Positions 50,415 to 63,038 of a stretch of DNA of 64,000 nt are shown here, in pieces. The notes beneath the pieces are model-generated. The model was not told the DNA's origin. It made no database searches and saw only the letters and a list, made by a program, of their open reading frames with translations. Where the stretch lies: positions 3,100,001-3,164,000 of the forward strand of contig NW_025766225.1 in assembly GCF_003918875.1 (NCBI RefSeq), in the 5' to 3' direction. The translations under genes were made by a program, and so were the position numbers. Origin of the DNA: Haliotis rubra (taxonomy: Eukaryota). Every line of letters starts with the position of its first letter. The first letter of the stretch is position 1.

Positions 50415-52020
50415 AAACAAGGCCCAGTCATGGACATGGCCACGAGAAGGGGTGTGAGTCGCCATCCGGCTTGCCGAAATGACACAAGTAGTTACAAATG
50501 AACAAGGCCCAGTGGTGAACATGGCCACGAGAGGGGTACGAGTCGCCATCCGGCTTGCCGGAATGACAAAAGTACTTACAAATGAACAAGGCCCAGTGGT
50601 GAACATGGCCACAAGAGGGGTACGAGTCGCCATCCGGCTTGCCGAAATGACACAGTAGTTACAAATGAACAAGGCCCAGCCGTGAACATGGCCACGAGAG
50701 GGGTACAAGTCACCATCTAGCTTGCCGATATGACACAAGTAGTTACAAATGAACAAGGCCCAGTGGTGAACATGGCCACGAGAGGGGTACGAGTCACCAT
50801 CCTGCTTGCCAAAATGACACAAAAGTAGTTACAAATGAACAAGCCCCAGCCTTGAACATGGCCACGAGAGGGGTACGAGTCGCCTACATCCGGCTTGCCG
50901 AAATGACACAAGTAGTTACATATGAACAAGGCCCAGTGGTGAACATGGCCACGAAAGGGGTATAAGTCGCCATCTGGCTTGCCTGAATGACACAAGTAGT
51001 TACAAATGAACAAGGCCCAGTGGTGAACATGGCCACGAGGGTGCTACGAGTCGCCATCCGGCTTGCTGGAATGACACAAGTAGTTACAAATGAACAAGGC
51101 CCAGTGGTGAACATGGCCACGAGAGGGGTACGAGTCGCCATCCGGCTTGCGGAATGACACAAAAATAGTTACAAATGAACAAGGCCCAGCCGTGAACATG
51201 GCCCGCGAGGGGAGTGCAGTCGCCATCCGGCTGCGGGGAATGACACAAGTAGTTACAAATGAACAAGGCCCAGTGGTGAACATGGCCACGCGAGAGGTGC
51301 AATTAAGCCATCCGGCTTGCCGGAATGACACAAGTAGTTACAAATGAACAAGGCCCAGCCGTGAACATGGCCACGAGGGGGTACGAGTCGCCATCCGGCT
51401 TGCTGGAATGACACAAGTAGTTACAAATGAACAAGGCCCAGCCGTGAACATGGCCACGAGGGGTACGAGTCGCCATCTAGCTTGCTGGAATGACACAAGT
51501 AGTTACAAATGAACAAGGCCCAGTGGTGAACATGGCCACGAGAGGGGTTTAAGTCGCGTTCGGGATTGCGGGAATGACACAAGTAGTTACAAATGAACAA
51601 GGCCCAGCCGTGAACATGGCCACGAGAGGGGTACGAGTCGCCATCCGGCTTGCCGGAATGACACAAGTAGTTACAAATGAACAAGGCCCAGCCGTGAACA
51701 TGGCCACGAGAGGGGTACGAGTCGCCATCTGGCTTGCTGGAATGGCACAGTAGTTACAAATGAACAAGGCCCAGTGGTGAACATGGCCACGAGAGGGGTT
51801 TAAGTCGTGTTCCGGCTTGCGGGAATGACACAAGTAGTTACAAATGAACAAGGCCCAGCCGTGAACATGGCCACGAGAGGGGTACGAGTCAGCCATCTGG
51901 CTTGCCGGAATGACACAAGTAGTTACAAATGAACAAGGCCCAGCCGTGAACATGGCCACGAGAGGGGTATGAGTTGCCATCTAGCTTGCCGGAATGACAC
52001 AAGTAGTTACAAACGAACAA
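50415..52020. repeat. ~84-bp GC/CpG-rich tandem repeat, ~19 copies
   Basis: gtagttacaaatgaacaaggcccag...gagtcgccatccggcttgccggaatgacacaa repeated. Confidence 0.95.
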
Positions 52021-52874
52021 GACACAGACGAACCAAGCCACATCTCAGATTACATTGTCATTTTTATAGGCACAATGTCACGCTTTTAGACAATAGTTTG
52101 GCTTATATTATATATACTGGGCCATATGCACACACTTCAGCTTCCTATTGATGCAATAAAAGACTTGTTATCCCTTACAACGTTCCTGAAATAGATAATT
52201 GAAACTTCGAGTCGAACACCTTCCAAACAGATAAGACTTGCCATATATGGAATGTAAACGATTGCTCCGTACATTGAAAACTGTCGCATGCGGTGTTGTC
52301 AGTGTTTGTCGAACTGGCCTCAATCGCAAGTTGCGTTATAGGATATTTGTAAAGAGTGTTCCAAGGGACATAACTCTATGGGGTTCACTTGAAAAAAACT
52401 TTGGTCAGTAGAGGGCGCGAGAGTTGATTTAATGCAAAGTTGATTTCATTCATTCAAACATTGTAATTTTAGATTGTAATCTTAATACATATTTTTTTTC
52501 GGGATAAATTATATGGTAGCTTCGCTGACGGCTGATAATTAGTATTAATGAGAGAAATGCAATATTGATATCTAGAGCAGTATGGCATGATAGTGCGCCT
52601 TTAAAGATAGGCTCAAGAAATAACATGACGCAATTATTGTGTTGTTCCTGATTTCTTTATCTCAGGTGAAGTCTCCTTGCACAGGTGTATACAATGTTGA
52701 CAACGCATTTTCCCGCACAAATTCATCAACCTGTGACAGTGCTTGTATGTATCTGAGGGGGGAACTTATGTAGAATGTTGGCGTTTATAAAAGGCAAAAT
52801 GTCACGTTGATATGTGGCAGCAATAGAGATGCGTTAACCCCTTATCTTGTACCCCTTTGGCCATGCCTGGTCAG

Positions 52875-53035
52875 AGTGAGTGAGTGAGCGTGCGAGTTAG
52901 AGAGAGTGAGTGAGTATGGTTAGCAATATCACAGCAATATCACGGCGGGGATCATCAGAAATGGGCTTCACACATTGTACGTGCGGAATCGAACCTGGGG
53001 CTTCAGTGTAACCACTAGGCTACCCGACTGCCCCG
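52875..53035 (-). mobile_element. SINE family A (internally deleted)
   Basis: Homology to family A; (GAGT)n tail. Confidence 0.75.
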
Positions 53036-54967
53036 ATAATGTCAGGGATGAGTTAACCCCTTATCTAGTACCACCCTGGTATTAATGTCAGGGATGAGTT
53101 AACCCCTTATCTAATACCACCCTGGTATTAATGTCAGGGATATGTTAACCTATATCTTGTACCACCCTGGTATTAATGTCAGGGATATGTTAACCTATAT
53201 CTTGTATCACCCTGGTATTAATGTTAGGGATATGTTAACCTATATCTTGTACCACCCTGGTATTAATGTCAGGGATATGTTAACCTATATCTTATATCAC
53301 CCTGGTATTAATGTTAGGGATATGTTAACCTATATCTTGTACCACCCTGGTATTAATGTTAGGGACATGTTAGCCTATATCTTGTATCATCCTGGTATTA
53401 ATGTCAGGGACATGTTAACCTATATCTTGTATCATCCTGGTATTAATGTCAGGGATATGTTAACCCCTTATTTGGTACCACCCTGGTATTAATGTTAGGG
53501 ATATGTTAACCTATATCTTGTACCACCCTGGTATTAATGTCAGGGATATGTTAACCTAGATCTTGTACCACCCTGGTATTAATGTCAGGGATATGTTAAC
53601 CTATATCTTATATCACCCTGGTATTAATGTTAGGGATATGTTAACCTATATCTTGTACCACCCTGGTATAAATGTTAGGGACATGTTAACCTATATCTTG
53701 TATCATCCTGGTATTAATGTCAGGGACATGTTAACCTATATCTTGTATCATCCTGGTATTAATGTCAGGGATATGTTAACCCCTTATTTGGTACCACCCT
53801 GGTATTAATGTTAGGGATATGTTAACCTATATCTTGTACCACCCTGGTATTAATGTCAGGGATATGTTAACCTATATCTTGTACCACCCTGGTATTAATG
53901 TCAGGGATATGTTAACCTATATCTTATATCACCCTGGTATTAATGTTAGGGATATGTTAACCTATATCTTGTACCACCCTGGTATAAATGTTAGGGACAT
54001 GTTAACCTATATCTTGTATCATCCTGGTATTAATGTCAGGGACATGTTAACCTATATCTTGTATCATCCTGGTATTAATGTCAGGGATGTGTTAACCCCT
54101 TATTTGGTACTACCCTGGTATTAATGTTAGGGATATGTTAACCTATATCTTGTATCACCCTGGTATTAATATTAGGGGTATGTTAACCTATATCTTGTAT
54201 CACCCTGGTATTAATGTCAGGGACATGTTAACCTATATCTTGTATCATCCTGGTATTAATGTCAGGGACATGTTAACCCCTTATCTTGTATCACCCTGGT
54301 ATTAATGTCAGGGACATGTTAACCTATATCTTGTATCACCCTGGTATTAATGTCAGGGACATGTTAACCCCTATCTTGTATCACCCTGGTATTAATGTCA
54401 GGGACATGTTAACCTATATCTTGTATCACCCTGGTATTAATGTCAGGGACATGTTAACCTATATCTTGTATCACCCTGGTATTAATGTCAGGGATATGTT
54501 AACCCATATCTTGTACCACCCTGGTATTAATGTCAGGGATGTGTTAACCCTTTATTTTGTACCACCCTGGTATTAATGTTAGGGATATGTTAACCTATAT
54601 CTTGTATCACCCTGGTATTAATGTCAGGGATATGTTAACCCATATCTTGTATCACCCTGGTATTAATGTCAGGGATGTGTTAACCCCTTATTTTGTACCA
54701 CCCTGGTATTAATGTCAGGGACATGTTAACCTATATCTTGTATCACCCTGGTATTAATGTCAGGGATATGTTAACCTATATCTTGTATCACCCTGGTATT
54801 AATGTCAGGGATATGTTAACCCATATCTTGTATCACCCTGGTATTAATGTCAGGGATGTGTTAACCCCTTATTTTGTACCACCCTGGTATTAATGTCAGG
54901 GATATGTTAACCTATATCTTGTATCACCCTGGTATTAATGTCAGGGACATGTTAACCCGTATCTTGT
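53036..54967. repeat. 45-bp minisatellite with internal hairpin, ~43 copies
   Basis: accaccctggtattaatgtcagggatatgttaacctatatcttgt repeated. Confidence 0.96.
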
Positions 54968-55654
54968 CAAGTGAAACTATTGAATATAGTTGAAATAATC
55001 ATCAAACACAGCTGGAGCTATCCAATTGGTATTACACAAGGGGGATATCAATGTGGAGAATCAAACACAGTACATCGGTTTGATGTCACCACTGTAACCA
55101 CTAGGCCACCCTACCACCATCTTTCAAAGGCCAATTATGATCCTATTTCAAACACAAACTTCAGATACACTTTCAAAGACAGCATAAAGTGAAAGGGTGC
55201 TTTGTTGCACAGGAAAAGCTCTTTGTATGTTCATTGGCAATCATAGGCTTAGATCTCTTCGTCCCTCTCTTTGATTGATAGAGAATCTCATCTGCGATGT
55301 CAACCCACTGTATTTGAAATAAATTGTCTTTAAAATCCACTTCTGGGAATGTGTCTTTCAGGGAAATGTAAACACGGTAATCAGTGCAGAACATGTATAT
55401 TGTCAATATCACCAGCAATTACGATATGATCAGGCTTGGTATCTCAAACCCCCATTCACCTAGTGGGGAGAATCATACAGCACTCCAACCTTTTATCACT
55501 TTAGTCAACTTGTCAAGAGGTTCACGCCAGGGTAGGTCTTTCCACCTGGGCCACTGGCAATGGTTATAGACGGACACGTTAACCCCTTCCAGTCACATAT
55601 CCATGGGATATATGTTGTACTGCATGTGTAGCTGCCTCTCTCATCCACCACTAC

Positions 55655-56428
55655 ACAGTTGTACTGGATATACTGGCAGTTGTACTGGATATACTGGCAG
55701 CTGTACTGGATATACTGGCAGTTGTACTGGATATACTGGCAGTTGCACTGGATATACTGGTAGCTGTACTGGATTATACTGGCAGTTGTATTGGATTATA
55801 CTGGCAGTTGTACTGGATATACTGGCAGTTGTACTGGATATACTGGCAGTTGTAGGATATACTGGCAGTTGTACTGGATATACTGGCAGTTGTACTGGAT
55901 TATACTGGCAGTTGTACTGGATTATACTGGCAGTTGTACTGGATATACTGGCAGTTGTACTGGATATACTGGCAGTTGTACTGGATTATACTGGTAGCTG
56001 TACTGGATATACTGGCAGTTGTACTGGATATACTGGCAGTTGTACTGGATATACTGGCAGTTGTAGGACATACTGGCACTTGTACTGGATACACCTGCAG
56101 TAGTACTGGATATACTGACAGCTGTACTGGATATACTGGCAGTTGTACTGGATATACTGGCAGTTGTACTGGATTAAACTGGCAGTTGTAGGATATACTG
56201 GCAGTTGTACTGGATTATACTGGCAGTTGTAGGATATACTGGCAGTTGTACTAGATATACTGGCAGTTGTACTGGATATACTGGCAGTTGTACTGGATTA
56301 TACTGGCAGTTGTACTGGATTATACTGGCAGTTGTACTGGATATACTGGCAGTTGTACTGGATATACTGGCAGTTGTACTGGATACACCTGCAGTAGTAC
56401 TGGATATACTAGCAGCTGTTCTGGATAT
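55655..56428. repeat. 21/22-bp minisatellite (cagttgtactggatatactgg)
   Basis: Direct tandem repeat. Confidence 0.95.
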
Positions 56429-56865
56429 CAAGGTTGGTAATATATGTCCGTATCTTCACGCCCAATATTTGATGATGGCACAGCCTTGATATATGTTACA
56501 CTCACACTGCAGCTGTGACAGTCACTGTTACTGTTAGTTCCAGCATGGGAAACATTCCCCAAAGATGTCGCCAAAGTGTCTATTATATCCAATCGTTTTA
56601 AAGAGCTCAATACTGAGGCAGACTTGTACAGGCCTCTGAAAATATATATTTTGGGTAGAAACAAGCAACGACATTACAACTGTAAAGCAGCCACAGCTCG
56701 GAACATTCAAATGAAACCAGTGTAAAATCTCGACTTGCTTCATTAGAGCTATAGAAGAACACTAGGTGCTGGGGAGAAGGGACATACTATGGCTGATGGA
56801 CTGAGAAACAGGATCATTACTGAGGCAACTAACATGTGATGGGGACTTCAGCTGAAACAGTTTTG

Positions 56866-59521
56866 AAAGAGACCTCAATACTGAGGTATTAATCAAGGTT
56901 TTGTGAAAAGGCTTATCACTGTAGCAGGTAATTGAGAGCCCAATGTGTATCGATATGCGGATCTCTTCTTGCTGTTGATCTGAAGCTGGTTTATAAAGAG
57001 ACCTCAATACTGAGGTATTAATCAAGGTTTTGTGAAAAGGCTTATCACTGTAGCAGGTAATTGAGAGCCCAATGTGTATCGCTAAGAGGATCTCTTCTTG
57101 CTGTTGATCTGAAGCTGGTTTATGAAGAGACCTCAATACTGAGGTATTAATCAAGGTTTTGTGAAAAGACTTATCACTGTGGCAGGTAACTGAGAGCCCA
57201 ATGTGTATCAATAAGTGGATTTCTTCTTGCTGTTGACAGGGATGAGAATGAAGTTTTGAGAAAAACTCTGAAAACTAGCCGAAGCTCCTGATATTTAGGC
57301 ATTTTAGACCTTTAAAACTGACTCAGAAATGACAATATCATGCAGACAGCGACCATCAAAAAACTTTAAATCTGCTGAAGCACATTCATACAATTGTCAA
57401 CGGATTTAGACAATTCACAAAAATGACCCTTAGCCTTATGAAATTCCCGGAATTCCACGGAAAATTCTCATCTCTGTGTTGATCTGAAGCTGGTTTATGA
57501 AAAGACCTCAATACTGAGGTATTAATCAAGGTTTTGTGAAAAGACTTATCACTGTGGCAGGTAATTGAGAACCCAATGTGTATCGCTAAGAGGATCTCTT
57601 CTTGCTGTTGATCTGAAGCTGGTTTATGAAGAGACCTCAATACTGAGGTATTAATCAAGGTTTTGTGAAAAGACTTATCACTGTGGCAGGTAACTGAGAG
57701 CCCAATGTGTATCAATAAGTGGATTTCTTCTTGCTGTTGACAGGGATGAGAATGAAGTTTTGAGAAAAACTCTGAAAACTAGCCGAAGCTCCTGATATTT
57801 AGGCATTTTAGACCTTTAAAACTGACTCAGAAATGACAATATCATGCAGACAGCAACCATCAAAAAACTTTAAATCTGCTGAAGCACATTCATACAATTG
57901 TCAACGGATTTAGACAATTCACAAAAATGACCCTTAGCCTTATGAAATTCCCGGAATTCCACGGAAAATTCTCATCTCTGTGTTGATCTGAAGCTGGTTT
58001 ATGAAAAGACCTCAATACTGAGGTATTAATCACGGTTTTGTGAAAAGACTTATCGCTGTGGCAGGTAATTGAGAACCCAATGTGTATCGCTAAGAGGATC
58101 TCTTCTTGCTGTTGATCTGAAGCTGGTTTATGAAGAGACCTCAACACTGAGGTATTAATCAAGGTTTTGTGAAAAGACTTATCACTGTGGCAGGTAACTG
58201 AGAGCCTAATGTGTATTGATATGAGGATCTCTTCTTGCTGTTGATCTGAAGCTGCTTTATGAAAAGACCTCAATACTGAAGTATCAATCAAGGTTTTGTG
58301 AAAAGGCTCATCACTGTGGCAGGTAACTGAGAGCCCAATGTGTATCAATAAGTGGATTTCTTCTTGCTGTTGACAGGGATGAGAATGAAGTTTTGAGAAA
58401 AACTCTGAAAACTAGCCGAAGCTCCTGATATTTAGGCATTTTAGACCTTTAAAACTGACTCAGAAATGACAATATCATGCAGACAGCGACCATCAAAAAA
58501 CTTTAAATCTGCTGAAGCACATTCATACAATTGTCAACGGATTTAGACAATTCACAAAAATGACCCTTAGCCTTATGAAATTCCCGGAATTCCACGGAAA
58601 ATTCTCATCTCTGTGTTGATCTGAAGCTGGTTTATGAAAAGACCTCAATACTGAGGTATTAATCAAGGTTTTGTGAAAAGACTTATCACTGTGGCAGGTA
58701 ATTGAGAACCCAATGTGTATCGCTAAGAGGATCTCTTCTTGCTGTTGATCTGAAGCTGGTTTATGAAGAGACCTCAATACTGAGGTATTAATCAAGGTTT
58801 TGTGAAAAGACTTATCACTGTGGCAGGTAACTGAGAGCCCAATGCGTATCAATAAGTGGATTTCTTCTTGCTGTTGACAGGGATGAGAATGAAGTTTTGA
58901 GAAAAACTCTGAAAACTAGCCGAAGCTCCTGATATTTAGGCATTTTAGACCTTTAAAACTGACTCAGAAATGACAATATCATGCAGACAGCAACCATCAA
59001 AAAACTTTAAATCTGCTGAAGCACATTCATACAATTGTCAACGGATTTAGACAATTCACAAAAATGACCCTTAGCCTTATGAAATTCCCGGAATTCCACG
59101 GAAAATTCTCATCTCTGTGTTGATCTGAAGCTGGTTTATGAAAAGACCTCAATACTGAGGTATTAATCACGGTTTTGTGAAAAGACTTATCGCTGTGGCA
59201 GGTAATTGAGAACCCAATGTGTATCGCTAAGAGGATCTCTTCTTGCTGTTGATCTGAAGCTGGTTTATGAAGAGACCTCAACACTGAGGTATTAATCAAG
59301 GTTTTGTGAAAAGACTTATCACTGTGGCAGGTAACTGAGAGCCTAATGTGTATTGATATGAGGATCTCTTCTTGCTGTTGATCTGAAGCTGCTTTATGAA
59401 AAGACCTCAATACTGAAGTATCAATCAAGGTTTTGTGAAAAGGCTCATCACTGTGGCAGGTAAATGAGAGTCCAATGTGTATCGATATGCCGATCTCTTC
59501 TTGGTGTTGATCTGAAGCTGG
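56866..59521. repeat. Higher-order repeat: 129-bp monomers in blocks of 3-2-3-2-3 separated by a ~250-bp spacer (periods 504, 633 and 1137 bp)
   Basis: The spacer starts recur at ~57210, 57714, 58347 and 58851; monomer period is 129. Confidence 0.93.
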
Positions 59522-60784
59522 TCCCTGTGTGTCAGGCAGGTCTGCCTAGTTGTCAGCTATCTGTAGGATGGGGTGTAGTGGTGACACTACCTGAACAGTA
59601 CTCTGGTCATGTTTGCAGGGCACTAGATGTGGGAGGAGGGCCCTGACACACAACCTTGATGTCATACTCCCACATAGATACGACGAAAATCAAAAACCAG
59701 GATAGTGTTCGGCACTTGAGTCCTGACTGTGCTTGGGCTTCCATCCTGCCCCACAATGAACCACATTTAGCACATGTGCTGTCTCTTTGGGATCCTTGGG
59801 ACTTTGTGTTAAAAACATCCCTCCGGTCACCCAGCAGTGAGTGGGTACCTGGGAGGATGAGATGGTAATAACTTACAGCGCCTCAGTGGAGCCAGGGATT
59901 TGAACCCAGTCACTAGAGCCTGGAACGACTGATTTAGTGACTACAGGACCACCCGACTCAAGTATGGAGTCCAACAACAGATATATTACAGTTACAAAAT
60001 GTTCTTTAGACAAAGCCCAAACCATAGTACATCAGTCTGGCATACATAAAAGCATGGAACAAAAGGACTTCAACAGAGATGAAAGCCGATAAATTGAGCA
60101 GCAAACAGGATTTCATTTACAACAAAAAAGAAATGAGGCGACATATCCTGTTTACAACTTTGTCTGTCGTGACAGTGGGTTATAAAACTTTTACAAGATG
60201 TAATATACCCCTTTGTCATGGACAGAACAGTCAGGATGATTCACTAGTTGTTATATCATCTTATCAGCAGAAATGAAACCATCCATTGGTGCTCACTGTG
60301 TCATCACAATCTCATACAAGCTCTCTCAACAAAATTTCTCACTAAAATGCCATTGTGGGCAGCCATGCGAGCATATCACAGTTAACACATCATTGCTTGT
60401 CTTACAAAGCAGAAATCCACTTCAAGCAAAGAGAATCACTCCCTTTTAGAAATGCGAACAAAGCAGAAAGTTTTTAAGAGGAGAGGTGGAGCAGATAACT
60501 TCCTGTATCTCCTGCTCCCTGAACACCCAATCACTGTTGTTTTGCTCCAGTATGTCCATTGCTTCATCAGGATCAAGCTCAACCTTCCGGATCTCCCGAT
60601 CGATGGGTGATGCAGGCCTTGCTACCTTGGATTCGGAAGTCTACTCTGGGAATTTGGGAATCAACAGTGTTGTATGCGGGACACAAATAAAGTCTTATTT
60701 GGTAAGTAGGCTCAATAATTGCAGATACAATTACGTATATATCAATAATGATTTTGATTTTGAGATTGTAGTAATCTTTTGAGT

Positions 60785-60995
60785 TTCAGGGTCAAGGAAA
60801 TGAGATGGTGTTCATAATTTAATTCAGGGTGGAGGAAATGAGATGGTCTTTAGGATTCAGGGTGGAGGAAATGAAATGGTCTTCGGGGATTCAGGGTGGA
60901 GGAAATGAGATGGTCTTTAGGATTCAGGGTGAAGGAAATGAAATGGTCTTCGGGATTCAGGGGTGAGGAAATAAGATAGTCTTTGCGTTTCAGGG
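60785..60995. repeat. ~33-bp minisatellite (ggattcagggtggaggaaatgagatggtcttt)
   Basis: 5-6 imperfect copies. Confidence 0.85.
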
Positions 60996-61169
60996 CGGAA
61001 AGGAGGCCTAATGCTGTCTAATGGTGTATTTGTATTCGATTTTTTATTTGATTTGATTTTTCTAAGACAGATATTAGTTAAACTATGCACATGGATCAGC
61101 AACAGTGGAGAGTTAGAATGCTGTGCAGCATTTTGTGTTAGACAAATTACTCCTCCAAACCATCACGAA

Positions 61170-61484
61170 TGGAGTGTACCCCTGTTCCACACTGGAGTGT
61201 TCCCCTGTTCTACACTGGAGTGTTCCCCTGTTCCACACTGCAGTGTTCCCCTGTTCCACACTGCAGTGTTCCCCTGTTCCACACTGCAGTGTTCCCCTGT
61301 TCCACACTGGAGTGTTCCCCTGTTCCACACTGGAGTGTTCCCCTGTTCCACACTGCAGTGTTCCCCTGTTCCACACTGGAGTGTTCCCCTGTTCTACACT
61401 GCAGTGTTCCCCTGTTCCACACTGGAGTGTCCCCCTGTTCCACACTGGAGTGTCCCCCTGTTCCACACTGGAGTGTTCCACACT
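61170..61484. repeat. 23-bp minisatellite (ggagtgttcccctgttccacact) fused to a SINE A head (61480-61560)
   Basis: About 13 copies running directly into ...cacactgtacccatgtggggaatcgaa. Confidence 0.92.
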
Positions 61485-61917
61485 GTACCCATGTGGGGAA
61501 TCGAATCCAGGTCTTTGGTTGTGACAAGAGAACATTTTGCCCACTCCACTAACCCACTACCTCTGTACTTATGGTATGCTACATGAAAACATTTCTGGAA
61601 GAAACGACAGGTCTCCAAATTCCCTCTGTAACCAATAGCAGTAAAAATTCTCCATATTTCTCTTGAAACCATGTTCTCCAATTTCCTGTTTGAGTCCAAT
61701 ATTATCAACAGCATCTTGACGATGCATGCTGATTGGTGAAGGCTAACTTACACCTGATACACAGGTACATGGCCAATCTCATTAATGATTAAACCTAACC
61801 AATCAAACATGGCCCTCTGCACTGGACGAGCAATCACGCAAAGCCTCAACAAATGGATTGTCACGAGACATCCTGGGCTTTAGGCGGTATGTCAACACAA
61901 ATGTTTCAGCCTTTCAG

Positions 61918-62191
61918 TGAGTGAGTGAGTGAGTTTAGTTTTACGCCGCGCTTCAGCAATATTCCAGCTATATGGCGGCGGTCTGTAAATAATCGAGTCT
62001 GGACCAGACAATCCAGTGATCAACAGCATGAGCATCGATCTGCCCAATTGGGAACCGATGACATTTGTCAACCAAGTCAGCGAAACTGACCACCCGATCC
62101 CGTTAGTCGCCTCTTACGACAAGATAGTCGCCTTGTTATGGCAAGCACATGGGTTGCTGAAGACCTATTCTACCCCGGATCTTCACGGGTC
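61918..62191 (-). mobile_element. SINE family B, full length, duplicated-hairpin subfamily
   Basis: TSD ttcagcctttcag; 5' end GACCCGTGAAG. Confidence 0.92.
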
Positions 62192-63038
62192 TTCAGCCTT
62201 TCAGCGTTTCATATGCATTCAACAGTCATTTTAATTTCTTTTATGCTTACATCATGTTTAAAATTCAATCTATTTCTTCCTGTTATCCTTACATAATGTT
62301 TCAAATTCAATTTAATATTTATCCTTACATAATGGTTAATTTAATTAATACTTCATTCTAACCTTACATAATGTTTCAAATTTAATACTTTCACTCCTTC
62401 TACCTTATCAATATAACAGACAGATATTGCGCTATATGGTTCTATATAATGCTGAAATGTTTCAAGATATGTGTGTATGTCACATGTTGCCACTTTTGAT
62501 CAATACAGTGAATTCACTCTTCAGCCTCATTTAGTAATGAAAGTACAGCAGTGAAAGCAGTGAAAGCAGTCTTGCTACACAAAGTGTCCAGCTGTGAGGT
62601 GAGGTGAAATGGGATTTAACGTCATACTTAAGAATATTTCATTCATGTGACAATGTGTGTGTGTGGCTGTTTGTATTAGCCTGTTATAGTGCTAGCTCAC
62701 GGAGATGCCATGCTGCAGTTAAGCATGAATACCCCACTCAGACACATTATACTGACTCAAAGCCGACCAGTCCTTGTTGTACCCATTAATTATTATTATT
62801 ATTATTGTGTCCAGTTGTGTCAGATCTACACGCAACACAGCTGCTGCTCACTCACGCTGTCTACGTAGCTACACAGAGCACAGAGTCTACAGTAGTAATA
62901 GACTAGAGGATGAAGGGTGAAGATTTGGGCTGTCTCCAGATGTGGGATGACACATAGTGAGGACCAGAATCCCTTTTAACAATGCATCACGTAATCTCTC
63001 TCATATAGATGCTGCTTATAGCTCATCTGTTCACAATA

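Noticed and set aside
34040-54967. Regular arrays resembling CRISPR
   Set aside because: Head-to-tail repeats with no unique spacers, no cas genes, and a eukaryotic intron context.
55380-55560. TRPM N-terminal similarity (EWGFEIPSLIIS resembling WxLxxPxLIISV)
   Set aside because: One short motif followed by a stop, with neighbouring TRPM motifs missing or out of order. Kept only as an unassigned fragment.
53142-56431. Repeat ORFs (MLTYILYHPGINVRD, GYTGSCT)
   Set aside because: 45-bp and 21-bp satellites with frequent frame-breaking unit variants.
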